Of a stretch of 64,000 bases of DNA, positions 50,948 through 64,000 are shown piece by piece (positions within the stretch are counted from its first letter, which is position 1; every line of letters starts with the position of its first letter). Under the pieces are notes generated by a model. The model worked only from the letters and a program-made list of their open reading frames with translations, did no database searches and was not told the DNA's origin. Position numbers and translations under genes: made by a program. The stretch is from Perna viridis (Eukaryota), in NCBI GenBank assembly GCA_037379345.1, contig CM074517.1:36332001-36396000 (forward strand). The letters are read 5' to 3'.

Positions 50948-53900
50948 TTAGTATAAGTCGTCGTCAGAATTGCCAAGTTGTTGCTTCTGACTTTCTTTGA
51001 ATAGTTTGTTTTGATGCAGTTCATTTTGTGACGATTTGTTTGTGTCCTGCAGACTCTGTTGACCTCTGGTAATTCCTGCGTATGACCCGAACGACGTCGT
51101 ACATTCGTCTCGAATTGGTGCTGTATTTTTATCACTTCCACTATCCTTTTTGTTTACCTGAGAGTAAATTGAATTTGATGGTTGGTAAACTTCGTCATAA
51201 GCTGGTTCTTGCTTTTTCGGTTCCGTGTCTGATTTTCTTTTCATATCCGCATTTGTTGTCGGTTTCTTGTGAACGGAAGTGTAAACTGGCGCTAAGGCTG
51301 GTTCTGAATCCAGATCAACTCCATCACCACCAAAGGCTACAATTGGTACTGGTTCTGGTGATCCCATTCTTATGTTATGATAATTAACTGGGTCATTGTA
51401 GGCATTTATGAAGTTGCTATTTTGTCTTTTTGTTCTTGGGCTTTGGGTGTTTATTCGTCGTTTTTCGTCTGTTTCTTTTTTCCTCTTTCTGAAAAGTTAA
51501 CATATAAGTATGTATAATATGAGCTGTTCGTGATTAAGGGCGCCTAAAGAAGTTTTCCTTTTCCCTTTCGTCTACCACGGACTTGACATTTTATGAGCAA
51601 CTCGGCGGGTGTTTCTAGAAAAGCAGAGGACGTTTACCCTACCGGTGCACCTGGTCCATGCTCCCAGTTTTTAGTGGAGTCCGAGTTGTTCATTTGCTTT
51701 TGTTACTTTGTATGTATGATTTTAGTTACTTTATGTTCTTTGTTGTGTATGTCTGTTTTCCATGTCTGGTCTTTTTCCCTGGATTACATTCCTTTGATTA
51801 CTACTATAACCTTGGTTCCCTTGATTACTCTTTCAATAAGGTTTAATGTTTAAGGTTCAAATACGGTGTTTTTTCATTTTTCTGAAAGGAGCATCCGCTG
51901 CGCCCTTCCTGTATCTGCTTCAAATGCTATTTTTTAAAGTTCGATCAAATTTCCTCTTCTATTATGACCCTAAAATAAGGTACATAATGTGGTTAAATTG
52001 TCATGTATGATTTTATTTATTGAGTCAAGTTGGATGTAACTATACTTATAACCCGTTAAAGCTGTGGATACACCAAACATTTCATCTTGTTTGTAATATA
52101 ACAACACTGTACAATACTTTGGAGAATATCAGATAAATATCGAATAAAATCTCAACTTTGTTTTTAGGCACATGTCATTTCCGGCTTTGAAATACAGAGT
52201 TTAGTCTTGTCATTTGAATATAGTAAAAAGAAAACATTGCCAAGACCTTAACAAATAGATGAATTATTTAAGTAATTGATTTTAAAGAAAAAAAAACTCT
52301 TTTAACAAATTCCGGACGGCTTTGACTTTGGGGAAGAATATGTGTAAAGTGCTGGAAATATTGTACTGAGATCGCTTTCTTTGATGGTTTAAAGCTGGTG
52401 TGGAGAAATCAGGTTTCCGTTTCTTTTTGTAATATGAAAAAATGTGATGCAAAGAGAAAGCGAGCTAAAATATCACTGATATCGTAAATACTAGGAGGGA
52501 TATGCGTATGGTAAGTAAAAGATTTATTCTTTGTAAAAAAAATGTGCTTATAAGGAACTATAATCATAAACGAACATGACTTGCATGTTATTGTGTACTT
52601 TACCTGATTATGATGAATATTATGATAGCAATTATAGCAATGGTGACCAACACAGCTATCAAAATACCAACTATAACACCTGAAAGAAAAAAAATGTTTT
52701 AAAAATATATCAGAAGATTCGGTTATCTAGTCATTAATAAGTACAACAACCGAGATACTAGTAAGTCGAAGTTATAACATGGTGGCAGAGAACACGTAGT
52801 TAATCACAAACAAGGGTTTTAAAAGTCATATGAAGGATGTCCCTACTTATTTCTTCATAATATGAAAATAGGTGATCATCAAATTCTGAGTTTGGGGCCT
52901 GGCAAACTTTAAGGGGTCAGAATATTTATTGGTGAAATTTGTGCGTCAGAAAAAAATTCAACCACATCGGAGCAATACTATTTATTCCCATGAATAAATC
53001 TGAAGAATCTGGACTAACGTCAGAAAATTAATTTATTTTTTAGTAGGTGTAGGTCAGAATATTTATTTTCTTCGGGGCAAGAACATTTATTTCCAAAATA
53101 TGCCAGGCCTCCCCCTCAAAATCAAATGATTACCTTCCAACACATTGACCGATAACGAGAAACATAAATAATGCTATATTTAAATTTGCCAGAAATGCGC
53201 TTACACATTAAAGTTGTGAGTTTTCATTTGAAGTCAGAGTAAACTATTTTTTATACAAAAGTGAACAATTTCTGTGTACCTATACTTGAGGAACTCTCTG
53301 CTACTAGATTTTGTGGTTGTGTCGTTCTCTCAACTGGAGGTTCTGTCTGTCCGTTTTCATCATAACATTCAATGTCTGTAGCTGTACCAACTACATAATA
53401 AAAGTAAGAGTATATATATTTTATTTGTTTTTATAACTTCCGTTTGGGAATATGAATTTTCAGGTAAGTTGAAATTTATACAGTTGCAATTTTAGCATTT
53501 AAAGCCCCAAAGTTTGTCGAATATTAACATTTTTTATCAAAGGAACCCCTAAATATAAACCATGTCTAAATCTGATCCCACTAACCAGAAAATTCTTCTT
53601 ACTACAGGGAGTCAGTTAAATATACAAACAAAAATAATGAGAGAACAGGTCAATTGTGTACAGTATACAGGTTTTTGGTTTTGACAAAGATCCGATAATT
53701 TAATTCGGGGTGTGGTTTTGACAGGGCTCCAGTCAGTTAATACAAGGTTTGTTTTAGCCAGGACTCCGACAATTCAATTCGGGGTTTGGTTAAGGCGGTG
53801 ATCCGATCCGTTAATTCGAGGATTTCGTTTAGACATTTTTCATTGACTTCCTTCAATAAAAATAAGCAAGTAGAATGAAAGCCTTACCTAAGCAGACAAA

Positions 53901-56900
53901 GTGACGACGTGTGTTACAGTCAGAAGTTTTAATTTCTGTTTCGTCTTTATCTACATTTATATACTGACATTCTGAATTCTGAAGTGTCGATTCTGAAATA
54001 TGAAATAGATAGAAACAATTTTGGTTTTGTAGATAATTTTATACGCCCAAGAAAAGTTCATATTAATTTTGTTATAATTGTTAATTTTGCGACAAACCAC
54101 TGTTCATCCGTCCGTCCGTCCATCCGTCTGTCAACTCGAATACTATCGATAACTCAGATTTTAAATGACTTTTGAGAGGAAGCCCCCTTTTTCCGATATC
54201 ATGATAATTTGAATGTTACAAAATGTAGATGAGTGTGTTTTTTTTTCTTACGCGCAGCTGTTTATCATTAAATTATATTTTGACATGGTAAAGTTACGTC
54301 GGTTTGCAACGTGTAAAAAAACTCGGAAAGGAATAGGTAAGTAGATTTAAAACTAATAAAATCAAATTTAATTATTTACATTTTATGTAGCTTTACAAAT
54401 TTGACTTCTGAATCACTGGAGATGTTAAGATTTTGTTCATTTTAATGTTAATTGTGGTTTATAGTCACTATGTTAAATTTACTTCAATACACATGAATTA
54501 TCGGAATTATGATCCATTTTTCCAATGATGAGCAAATTCTTGTCTTTACTTTTTTTTCTTATTGTACACATATTCAAGCTGTGCTGTCAAGTGATGAGGT
54601 GGTTTCATGATTCATTCATCGTCTGATATACCAACGCTTATCATAGTTTGTCATGACATTAAACAAAACTTAAAAATAATTATATACATTAGAAGTTATT
54701 AAAAGTGAACTTTTAGGTTCATTGTATAAAAGCGTACTCTTCAACGGGTTGTGTCGGGAACACCGCAGCGGAGTCATCCATGGCCGGGTCGGGGATATCT
54801 CAGTGAATGTTTTCCGAGCCGACAAATCGCATTTTGTGGTAATAAAAATACAGCACTTCAGAAAAAAAATTTAACAATATTTTAATGTTCAATCAATGTT
54901 TTTTTGAATTTTTTAAGTACGACTTCCTAAGCACCTTTTCTGTACACTGTTAAATGTAAGTTCCCTCCACAGGGTTCTTTAGAGTTTCCTGGACATGGTG
55001 TAGTATCACATCCTCCGGCAGGGCTTGCTCCTACTAATCCCGTGTAACAACTGCATTTTGTAGTCTGAACAGAAGAATAAATGCATAAGAATGAAATCCA
55101 TAAAGTATTGTTTATGTCTTTTAAAATAAATAAAAAAATGTCCTGAAAACTCGTAGTACAATAGAAGGAGAAAATGTATTTTGATTTTAATTGGTATCAC
55201 AGTGTATTGTGATTCAGAGTTAACATTGTACTGTACATGTACACGTATGTAACTCTGCTTCAACAATACGTGAATCATCTGAGAATATTTATTTGGTTAC
55301 TTCCTTGTTTTGCTTACAAATTATAAACGATTGTAGAATGGAAAAGTAGTAAAATGTATTTCTTTAAAAAAAGAAAGAAAAGGAACCTCACTTGCACTCC
55401 TAAGAAGATAAATCTGTTCTCTGAACAAAAGGATGCGCAGTTTGCCAAATGATTATTGGAAAAATCCTTAGTAGACTCAGGTTGAAACAGATGAAAGCAT
55501 CCTGTAACAAAATAGTGATAACTTATAAGATAGTATACATAGTACATGCAGGTAGGAACATGTAAAATAAGCGGTTAAGTCCCATAGTTTTGAGTTTTTA
55601 GAATAAATTCGTTTAGGTCTTTTTGTCGTTTGTGCATTTAATTTTAGCTGTGCTAAATATTTGTATCTTATTTTATATGTTTTACTATTTTAGTGACCAA
55701 CATTACAACACGACATACGACGTGAAATGTTTGGAGTTGTAAATACCTAAGTGAAAGCTTCTTAACAACACATTTATTGCTGCTTGGACTGGGGTAAAAT
55801 GAAGATTAATACGATATTGTTATATGTACTAACCATAGCTCTGGTACCACGGACGGCTGGTAAAAGCTTCAGAAACACCACAATGTCTGACAGCATCCAG
55901 TAAGTCTGTACCGTAGTCCAGTAAAGTTCCTTGGATTGATTCACAATATAATTCAGCGTCAGTTTGAGTCTGGCTGTTCTTAAATACTTTGAAGGTGGCA
56001 AATGACTCTATACGAAAAAGAGCGAAGACAGAACTTTACTCAGTTTCTTGTTCAACACGTGTATTACATTACCTAAGCGTCAGGTTGTCATATAATATTT
56101 GTGAACTAGAAGTTTTTGTTTTAGTTTTAAATTCGTTATTATCGCCCTATAGCGAAAATGTCTTTTGTGCTTTTTTTTCTAGGGACATGTGACGAATCGC
56201 GGTCAACGTCAACAAATGAGGGGAGAGCGAGCTTGAACAAAGGAAGGGGGGAGGGTCGTCGTCGGTCGCTGGCCTCTGGTGCCCGAAAAAGGCCGACGAC
56301 GTCAATTGCACCCCTGTAACTTCTGACTTTCTTATTCCAAATAATTTTTGTTTAACTCTATCTGCCGCTAAAAAATATCTATTTCTACATACAATCCTTT
56401 CCCTTGAGAAGATGGATTGTACTTAAGAGGAATGAATACAAATAATGGTAAGAATAACAGTAATAATAAAAAAATCAATGATCAATAAGTGATTCTATAA
56501 ACAATAAAGTAATCAGGGGCGAATCTAGACACTTTGAAAAAGGGAATGCCAGCCGGGGTCCCTCATGTGCTAGGACATTTTTTACCATTTTTTTTCAATT
56601 TTACGCATGAAAATGTCAAATTTTACAAACGAGAGGTGCCAACCCCCTGCAACCCCTATCTGGGTCCGCCACTGGTGAAAGTATCATGGTACCAGTATAA
56701 AGAAACTAATCCAATATTTCAGCTTTCTCTAAAACAAACGACCACTCCTAAAGAAATATATAACTCAAGATTTATCTCTGAAAGTGCATTCTATCCCTGT
56801 TTAATCATGCCATAAAAATACAATTACACAACGATCTCGTGTTTGAATTGCAGATTGTTTAATGGTGTGTTTTTATCTTGTTATCAATGCCATTATGAAA

Positions 56901-58726
56901 ACATTACAAACTTAATTTGTTTTAATTTACACGAACATCCATAGAAGGAAGTCCTGAAGGGTATACAAGATTGTTCTTGGCTTAATGCCTGTCTGTCTGG
57001 CATGACCGCTTGATATTCTAAAGCAAACACAATTAAATGTAGAAACACGTTCGCTTCATTACATGCCAGACATGGTTTTTATATCTTACCTCGACCACGA
57101 TAATCGACATTATAAATTTTCAATAAATATAGGATTTTATTTAATCACAATGGTCAAATAACTTCAGAGAATTTCTACTTAAAAAAAATAGAAATTATCA
57201 TATTTTCATGGACATGACAATCGTTTCTTGTTTTTATCACCTTGATCTTTGTCTCTTGACTTCTCAAATTTACAATATTCCTCTTAGAACACACAGTTTT
57301 CATCTGTTTCGTGAATTAATATATTTTTTAGAAATTAGATCTGTTGAAAATAAAATGACATTTGAGGTAGAGCACAAATAACACTGATAATTTAAACTAC
57401 AAAAAAATGTATTTAGAAATGAATGTTGGCCAAACAATGTTCTTGATGCTCCTCCTCCAACTGGTCAAAAGATTCCCATAAATCTCATCAATGACCTTCG
57501 AATACAAAGCACACACAATTTGTATAAAACTAAGTGATTTGTATACCAAAAAGAGAAGCCTGTGGCAACGTTTGTGTAACGGGGTGTGCTATCAGTACTT
57601 TTATGTTTTATCACAAAATTTCTACCATTAAAATAATGTATTTACAACAAAAACAGAGGATTGATAAACCTAAGGCAATATCAAATGTAAATATTGCGCA
57701 TCATTGTCCTTGATACTTAAAGTTAAAAAGGGGCAAAAGGAGAAAAAAAATGGATTAAAATGTTAAGACCTTTCGTGAATTCTGTTAATGTAATACCAAT
57801 CATTTTGCCATTTCTCTCATTCTATGTTTTACACATTTTTGTGTGAGTCTACATTTTTCCTTTTCTATCATATGTTTAGGTAACTAATTTCAAGCGGCAT
57901 AATATTAACTTCAATATTTAACTTATAATAAGCAAAAGAATTTAATTATAGTAAGCCAACTAGCCCATAACCATACTGTACGATCCTGAAATTAACCCAG
58001 TAATAAATTTACTAGAATTGCATAAAAAATGCTTCAACAATACAGGAGTATGGAGATATTTATTTATTCGTCGAATTTGGTTATGGAATCAATTGATAAT
58101 TAAGGGCTATAATAGTTATAGATATATACCCGATAGCCAATACACAAAAATATGTCATTAGAATCGGAGACAGAATCAAACATTATAACACACGGGAACT
58201 TAAAGAAAACACACCCACATAAAAAGAGAGAAAGAATGTGCACACAAAACAAAAAGTATAGGTTAAACTGAAAAATAGGAGCATGGACTATGTGCATCGG
58301 TATAGACTTCTGCATTTCCCAAAACACCTGATTAGCTGTTTATCTCTTGTCCGGCTTTATGATAGAGAATGAACATTTTTCAAATTATAAAGAATATTGT
58401 TGCTATCATCTAATCTATTTTAAATGCAAGTCGAATATGCCAACTAATTCATATTATTGGAATAATTAGTTGATTTTGGCAGAGTATAATACCGCATATT
58501 AAGAAGTAAAATAATTATTTTTTTTAAAAACTGCAATAGAATAACAAATTGAAAAGTTTCTTAGAAGTAGTTAAGAGCGAATACACAAAAGCAGTAACAA
58601 ATTGTACTTTGATGAAAACAAATACTGATGTCTAGGGTATACATGTCTGGAAAAATTGATATGGATGAATGTCTAAATGAACTAACCTTTTTGGAGAAAC
58701 ATAAACATCAGGAACAACCTCACCAT
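50948..58726 (-). CDS. Receptor paralogue B: split C-type-lectin-like + WSC ectodomain, TM, tyrosine-motif-rich tail (~428 aa)
   Basis: Exons 58687-58726 (signal MVRLFLMFMFLQK), 55834-56007, 55392-55501, 54935-55064 (CSC…CDTTPCPGNSKEPCGG…VY), 53888-53992, 53280-53390, 52604-52679 (TM) and 50948-51488 total 1287 nt in frame. Confidence 0.85.
51552..51831 (+). mobile_element. Naiad-type PLE 3' fragment
   Basis: Complete 3' UTR of the family. Confidence 0.9.
52870..53135. mobile_element. Probable MITE
   Basis: AGGTGATCAT…GGGCCTGGCA at the left is mirrored by TGCCAGGCCT…ATGATTACCT at the right. Confidence 0.45.
53670..53835. repeat. Degenerate ~36-bp tandem repeat (4-5 units)
   Basis: GGTTTTGACA.G..TCCG…TAATTCG.GG recurs. 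Confidence 0.6.
54037..54190 (+). mobile_element. Helentron/HINE-like 5' end
   Basis: TTTTATACGCCC followed by a (GTCC)n microsatellite at ~54107-54131. Confidence 0.5.
56514..56674. mobile_element. Non-autonomous DNA transposon (CAG(G/T)GGCG-type TIR)
   Basis: CAGGGGCGAATCTAG … CTGGGTCCGCCACTG. Confidence 0.55.
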
Positions 58727-60030
58727 ATTGTTTTTCCTTGCTTTTTAAGCAAAGACTTGAAAATCATTTACGCAAAATCATCACGTCGCATTGTACTGTT
58801 ACGATACGAAATGCAAAACAATCCGAAATTTACTCGGGGCTACCTCGTATTTGTTGTCGTATTATCTACATTTTTTCTGGTCACTCTTCTGTGTCAAAAA
58901 AAGATAGCATCTTTCCCTTAACTTAATAGAATATTTTAAAAGTTATTTGGCCATATTGTAATAATGTTTGCGGGGAAAGTTTTGAACATGGACGATTTAT
59001 CTGTCATGGACTTTGGAAAAACCATAATTAATAAAAAGCAGAGGTTCATGCAGTTAAAACTTTTTAAAAAATAATAAAATCTTCTTTGAAAAAAAAAATC
59101 TTAAAAGCCGATTGTGATAAAAAGAAAACAATTTTCTTTATTTTTATTTATAAACAAAAGTGCAGTATTAAGTATCACTGTCGGTTAAGGGATCACGTGT
59201 TAAAAAAAAACAATATCGCCATTATACATAATACAACCAGACAGCAGAAACATCGATATACCGGCAACTAACTAACAGACAATACAGGAACTGTAAACAG
59301 TAAATTATCTTTATGTGTTTTATTTTGAGTGTTTGTGTGTGGTCTTGTTTTTCATACTTGTAATTGTATATTTTGTTGTTGTCTGTATTTTGTATCGTCC
59401 CTATTTCCTATTATCACTGTCTTTGGATTCTCATGTATCTGAGTTGTCCTGTTTCGAAGCTTCACTATAATTTTCGTCGATACTCGGAACAGATAGGAAG
59501 TCTATGGTCTATAGAAGTATTCTCCATGTACGGTTTTATACTCGGGGAAAAAATCCAGAAATACACAGATAAACGAAATATGTCGATAAAGGCGGTCATA
59601 AAATTATTGAAGAGATGAAACCAGTCGGTCAGTTATATGTATACATATAACGCTATTTTCCTGCTGTTCCGTACGTGCAAGACTCGTAAGAGTAGTCTAG
59701 GACTTTAAAAAACCCTTAGTTTACTGCTGTTCTACAGTGTACATAAAAGAACTATTAAGAAATTCGGTGAAAGAACGACACAGTCTCTCATTCGAATGTA
59801 TGATAATATTACGTAAAAAAGTATAAAGACATGGTATCCTTGTTCTTTCACTGATTAATGATAAAAATGTAATACATTTGGAGTTTAAGCGAGACTCGGT
59901 AAAATTTGTAGAATCTAGACAGTAAATGGAAAAAGATCCTCATCTTTTACGTCGTATTCAGTAGCTGTAACTAGTTGTCTGTTTCTTTCAACTGGTTTGG
60001 AAACCACGGGATGTGCGATTGTAAGACTAG

Positions 60031-63000
60031 TTAAAAGACAACTTTCCTAAAATTAGGAAAAAAAACTAACATATTAACATTTAACCGAAACAAAATATAG
60101 CTTATACAGCCAAAGTCGTAGAACATCACTGAAATTATTTAATAAGTTTAAACAGTTCATTTGTATTTTTTCTTGTTGTTTTCCCATTGAAGTCTGTGTT
60201 TTTTTTGTTTGTTTTTTTTAATATTTTTAATAGTAAAATGCAGTTAGTGAATTGTGTAACCAATTGATTTTAAGGTTTTCTTTTACGTTTGGTTATTTTG
60301 TTTTGCCTGCACACATAAAGAAGGCTACCAGTATGAATATAAAGTGAACATACCTCACTCTGAAACATACTGTTACAAGAACGATGACTACTATGGCTAA
60401 AACAACCAACGATATACCCAGAATAATGGCTGAAATGTAAGCGACAAAAGACAAGTGGAGATTAATTTGACTGAATACCATAGAAACTAATTTTTCCCAT
60501 TCTTAGCAGACAAATGAATCAGATGCTTTTAACAAACGCATATGATAGAGGTTAACAGATAACAGAAAGAAAAACATGTAAAACTTTAAAAGGAAAGAAA
60601 ACATACGGAAAATTTATATTAAATGAAATAAAGACAGTGTGTATATTTTTACTGTATAAAATGTACACAGTACCATAGGGTTTCAATCGAGGTTCATTTA
60701 CTGTCTTTAGCTAGCTAGGTGTGAGTATTAACGTTTGTGTTTTTTACAAAAGATATAGGTACTGAGTATATTCCTGTATCAGAAAAATAAATTTGACTTA
60801 CCTAATTGTTTATCACTAGATAAGGTTAAGCTGGTGGCAGTTGGGTCTGTTGTATTCAGTGTGACAGTTTGTGTTGATGATTCTGTGGAATTTGGTGAAA
60901 TTGTGTATGTTGTTGTCTCACTGATGCACTTTACAACGTCAATATTATCATCTAAAAAAGAGACAAAAGCGCCATGGACAAAATAATTAAAATAAGACCG
61001 AATGGGCATATAAAATGCGGAAACAAATACACAGTGTAAAACGTTTCTTATCAAGCATCATTATTGCATTTTCGTAAATATTTAACTGAAGAATTTCGAG
61101 AAAATACGTTGTTTCAGACAACAAAAACAATATCGTAAGGTGAGATTGAGGATCAATTTGTTATTTTCTAGAACATAGAAAAACTAAATAATTGAATGTG
61201 TGAGTACCAATGAAACGTTCTTTGAATGAAAATTAAGAGATAGTTCATTGCCTTGTGAAATACAAAGGTCAACCCCTGTGAAAATGAGTACTACACCATA
61301 CCTAACATGGATCACTTATATTCTTATGTGACAAAAAACAACTACATCTACATCTGCACAGGGATAGATATATCGGGCATTTAATCATTTGACGTTTATT
61401 GAACGTAATTTTAGAAATAACATCAACTCTTACCTGTTTTACATATAAAGTTCCATTTCATATTACAGTCTCCTCGCATAATATCAAAATGATTTTGAGC
61501 TATTTTGATGTACTGACATTCTGAGTTTGATAACAAAGTCTCTGAAAATACAATACACTATTTCACTACTGTAACTACATATAACATTTCTTAGAAAATT
61601 CAATGATATAAGGTCTTTATATCAATATCGGAATTGATCGACGAGTATATGCAATATTAGCGACATCTTACGGGTTTTTTTTTTGTTGTTATTGTTTTTT
61701 TTTCTAGTACTTCCACTACGTTACAAAAATAAATATTTGTGATTGCAGAGTCAAAGAACAATAAGGCTGTCTCTTAAAATATTCCATTTGGTATAATGTT
61801 ATGATTTGAATCAGATAGCTTACCTTTCTTATAAATAATAACTTGATTTATGCCACATTGTTCATAAGTGTTTCCAGGGCAATCTATTGCATCACACTGT
61901 CCTGGGATACCTATTCCAACTAGTTGGTCATAGCATAAACACTTTGTGGACTAAAATAAGCACTATTGAATTATCTAAAACGCCAAGAATTATCCTAGCG
62001 CCTCCTCAAGCCATGTAATTCGACAAACTAAACAAATATGAAAAAAAAAATGCCAAGCTCATTAAAAAGTCGATCTGACCAAATGAAATGGGACAGTTAT
62101 GTCAAAAAGTAAAAAGTATTACAAAACACCCGAAAGAACGTTCAAATTTAAAAACATTGAGTCAAAAATATCACGTGAAAGCCCTAACGCTTCGCACGGC
62201 AGTAGGGTAATCGTAACATTTTGGATTTGAATAAGCCAATTTCTGTAAACAAAAACCCTAATGTTTCAAAGAATTTCAACTCTGTACTAAAATAGATTAT
62301 GATACATATTTCTTGCGATATATTTACTTATTCCCGTTTTTTTTTTTGTTTTGTTTATTTTTTTTTTAATTAATTAATTCATTACCTGAACACCAATATA
62401 ATTTGTTGACGTCATAGAACAGAATTTGGCACAGTTTGCCAAATGGTTGTTAGTAAAATTCTTTTCAGTTACTGTCTTCAAAGGGTGAAAGCAACCTATA
62501 ATATTCAATAACCGATATACATGAAAAGATCTTTACAAATAATAAATAAACCTTTTGTTTTTTTAAGACGTAAGAATGTAAGTACTTTTCGACATACCAT
62601 CGAACTAGCGAACCATTCTTAGGCGCACACTGTACAATCGTTTCTTGGTAACTTCATCTCATTATACAATTTTATTTAGTCTTGTTCAGCAAAATTTCGC
62701 CGTATGAATAAACATACATAAACAACTTTTCCAAACAGAAATCTAGATTATTAATGCTTACACATTTGTAGTAGAAACCAAAGTTTATAATTAGTATAGG
62801 TTTCTGATATAAGTTGAATATTATAAAAATTAAAAATGTCTACTGCTTGGATTTGAATCGATTGCCCGATTATTAAATGAGACAACATTACAATGTACAT
62901 GTCAATTGGAAAACTCCAAACTCCAAATACTCACCAATCGGCAGAAACCATGGAGCATGAGTAAGGACAGAACCTACTGAGCATGCGACAGCTGCGTTTA

Positions 63001-63685
63001 GAAAATCAGAATCATATTCCATCAGATGACTATCAGCATTGTCACAATACAACTCAGCCTCGTTCTTACTGCGCTTGATTTTATACACTCGTATCGTAGT
63101 TAATACATCTAAAACATTAGACATGTCATTATCATCCTAGCATTGTATTATAATTGTAATTGGATATACAGAAGAGTATATCTTAGTGTTCATCGTTCTT
63201 TGGGGTTTGAAATCTGCCATTATAAAAATGTTTGAGCATTTGCTGTAGTAACTTTAGGTTGGAATGGTGTAATCAGAGCGATATTTTATATTCTGAAACG
63301 AACAAGACGTTGCATGTAATGACGTCCAGTAAGCACCGTCACTGCTTTTATTCTAATTATTAGAAACACACTTTGTTGAAACCTAGTAATATTTTTTTCC
63401 AGAAGAACCTCTCTAAATTAACAACTATATCAACACGAGTAAAAATATTAGAAAAAAATGGAAATAAAATAATACAATGAAAAACACTAAAAGATTGTAA
63501 AAAGTGAATACCAAGAGACAAGGACAAAGGCAAGAAACATACAGAAATAACAACAAAAAGCAGTAGATAAGACTTTACTTTTTGTTAACGAACAATAAAT
63601 GTAGTTTAATCAGAATCTTCCTACCTTTTACAAATAAAGATACTACTCCAAGATTAATTAACAGTATAAAAAATGTGCCATCCAT
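60031..63685 (-). CDS. Receptor paralogue C: split C-type-lectin-like + WSC ectodomain, TM, very short tail (~273 aa; ~310 aa with the alternative donor)
   Basis: Exons 63625-63685 (signal), 62935-63108, 62386-62495, 61824-61950, 61434-61541, 60802-60951, 60354-60429 (TM) and 60031-60046. Exon sizes 174/110/76 match paralogue B and 127/108 match paralogue A. The NF.NNHLANCA.FCS block is shared with B. Confidence 0.85.
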
Positions 63686-64000
63686 GTTGTTTTATTAAAA
63701 ATACTTTATCTTAGGACAAACTGATATAACATTAAAATGTGGCAGTATCTTAAGGCAGCCATTGTGATCTTTAGAGTGCATCAAAACTCATTAAAGACAT
63801 GACTTGGAGCAAATTTTTAATATTTTGCGCAACGTAGAAATACAATACCAACCATTAACTGCGTTCATAAAAATGAACCTACAAAAACACTTGTTAGGAT
63901 ATGATCTTGCCTCACATGACTTAAATTTTGAACAGAAATAGCATCTGAATTACCCAAGCCTTTGCAGCAATGTCTTATGCAGATATGTTTGGCAATACAT

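Noticed and set aside
57090-57150. First exon of paralogue B (good GTAAG donor, MSIIVVE)
   Set aside because: Phase 0 does not fit the phase-1 acceptor at 56007; 58687-58726 gives a proper signal peptide in phase 1.

Overview
AT-rich, intron-containing animal genomic DNA. The repeat families look like those of a bivalve mollusc; this is an inference and the species was not determined. All host genes I could build lie on the minus strand. (1) The 5' four coding exons of a CFAP77 ciliary gene (194-3192, runs off the left edge), with a forkhead + RFX X-box promoter. (2) A complete 11-exon SLC23/NAT transporter (10174-20443, about 638 aa). (3) A decayed 10.9-kb Ty3/Gypsy LTR retrotransposon (21540-32434; GTAT TSD, PBS, PPT). 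It carries an unusual third ORF with a zinc finger and two PLDLS CtBP-type motifs, and each LTR has received its own secondary insertion. (4) A tandem cluster of three intact and one decayed single-pass membrane receptor genes (about 35.9-63.7 kb). Their ectodomain reads as a C-type-lectin fold split by an inserted WSC domain, and their transmembrane and cytoplasmic modules differ sharply (ITIM/YDEV-rich tail, nearly no tail, Lys in the TM). About 11 5'-truncated insertions of one Penelope-like (Naiad-type) retroelement are scattered through the window, most retaining all or part of a structured ~100-nt 3' element. There are also an RTE LINE fragment, MITEs and tandem repeats. Exon boundaries were read by hand from GT/AG sites and reading-frame continuity; no database searches were run.
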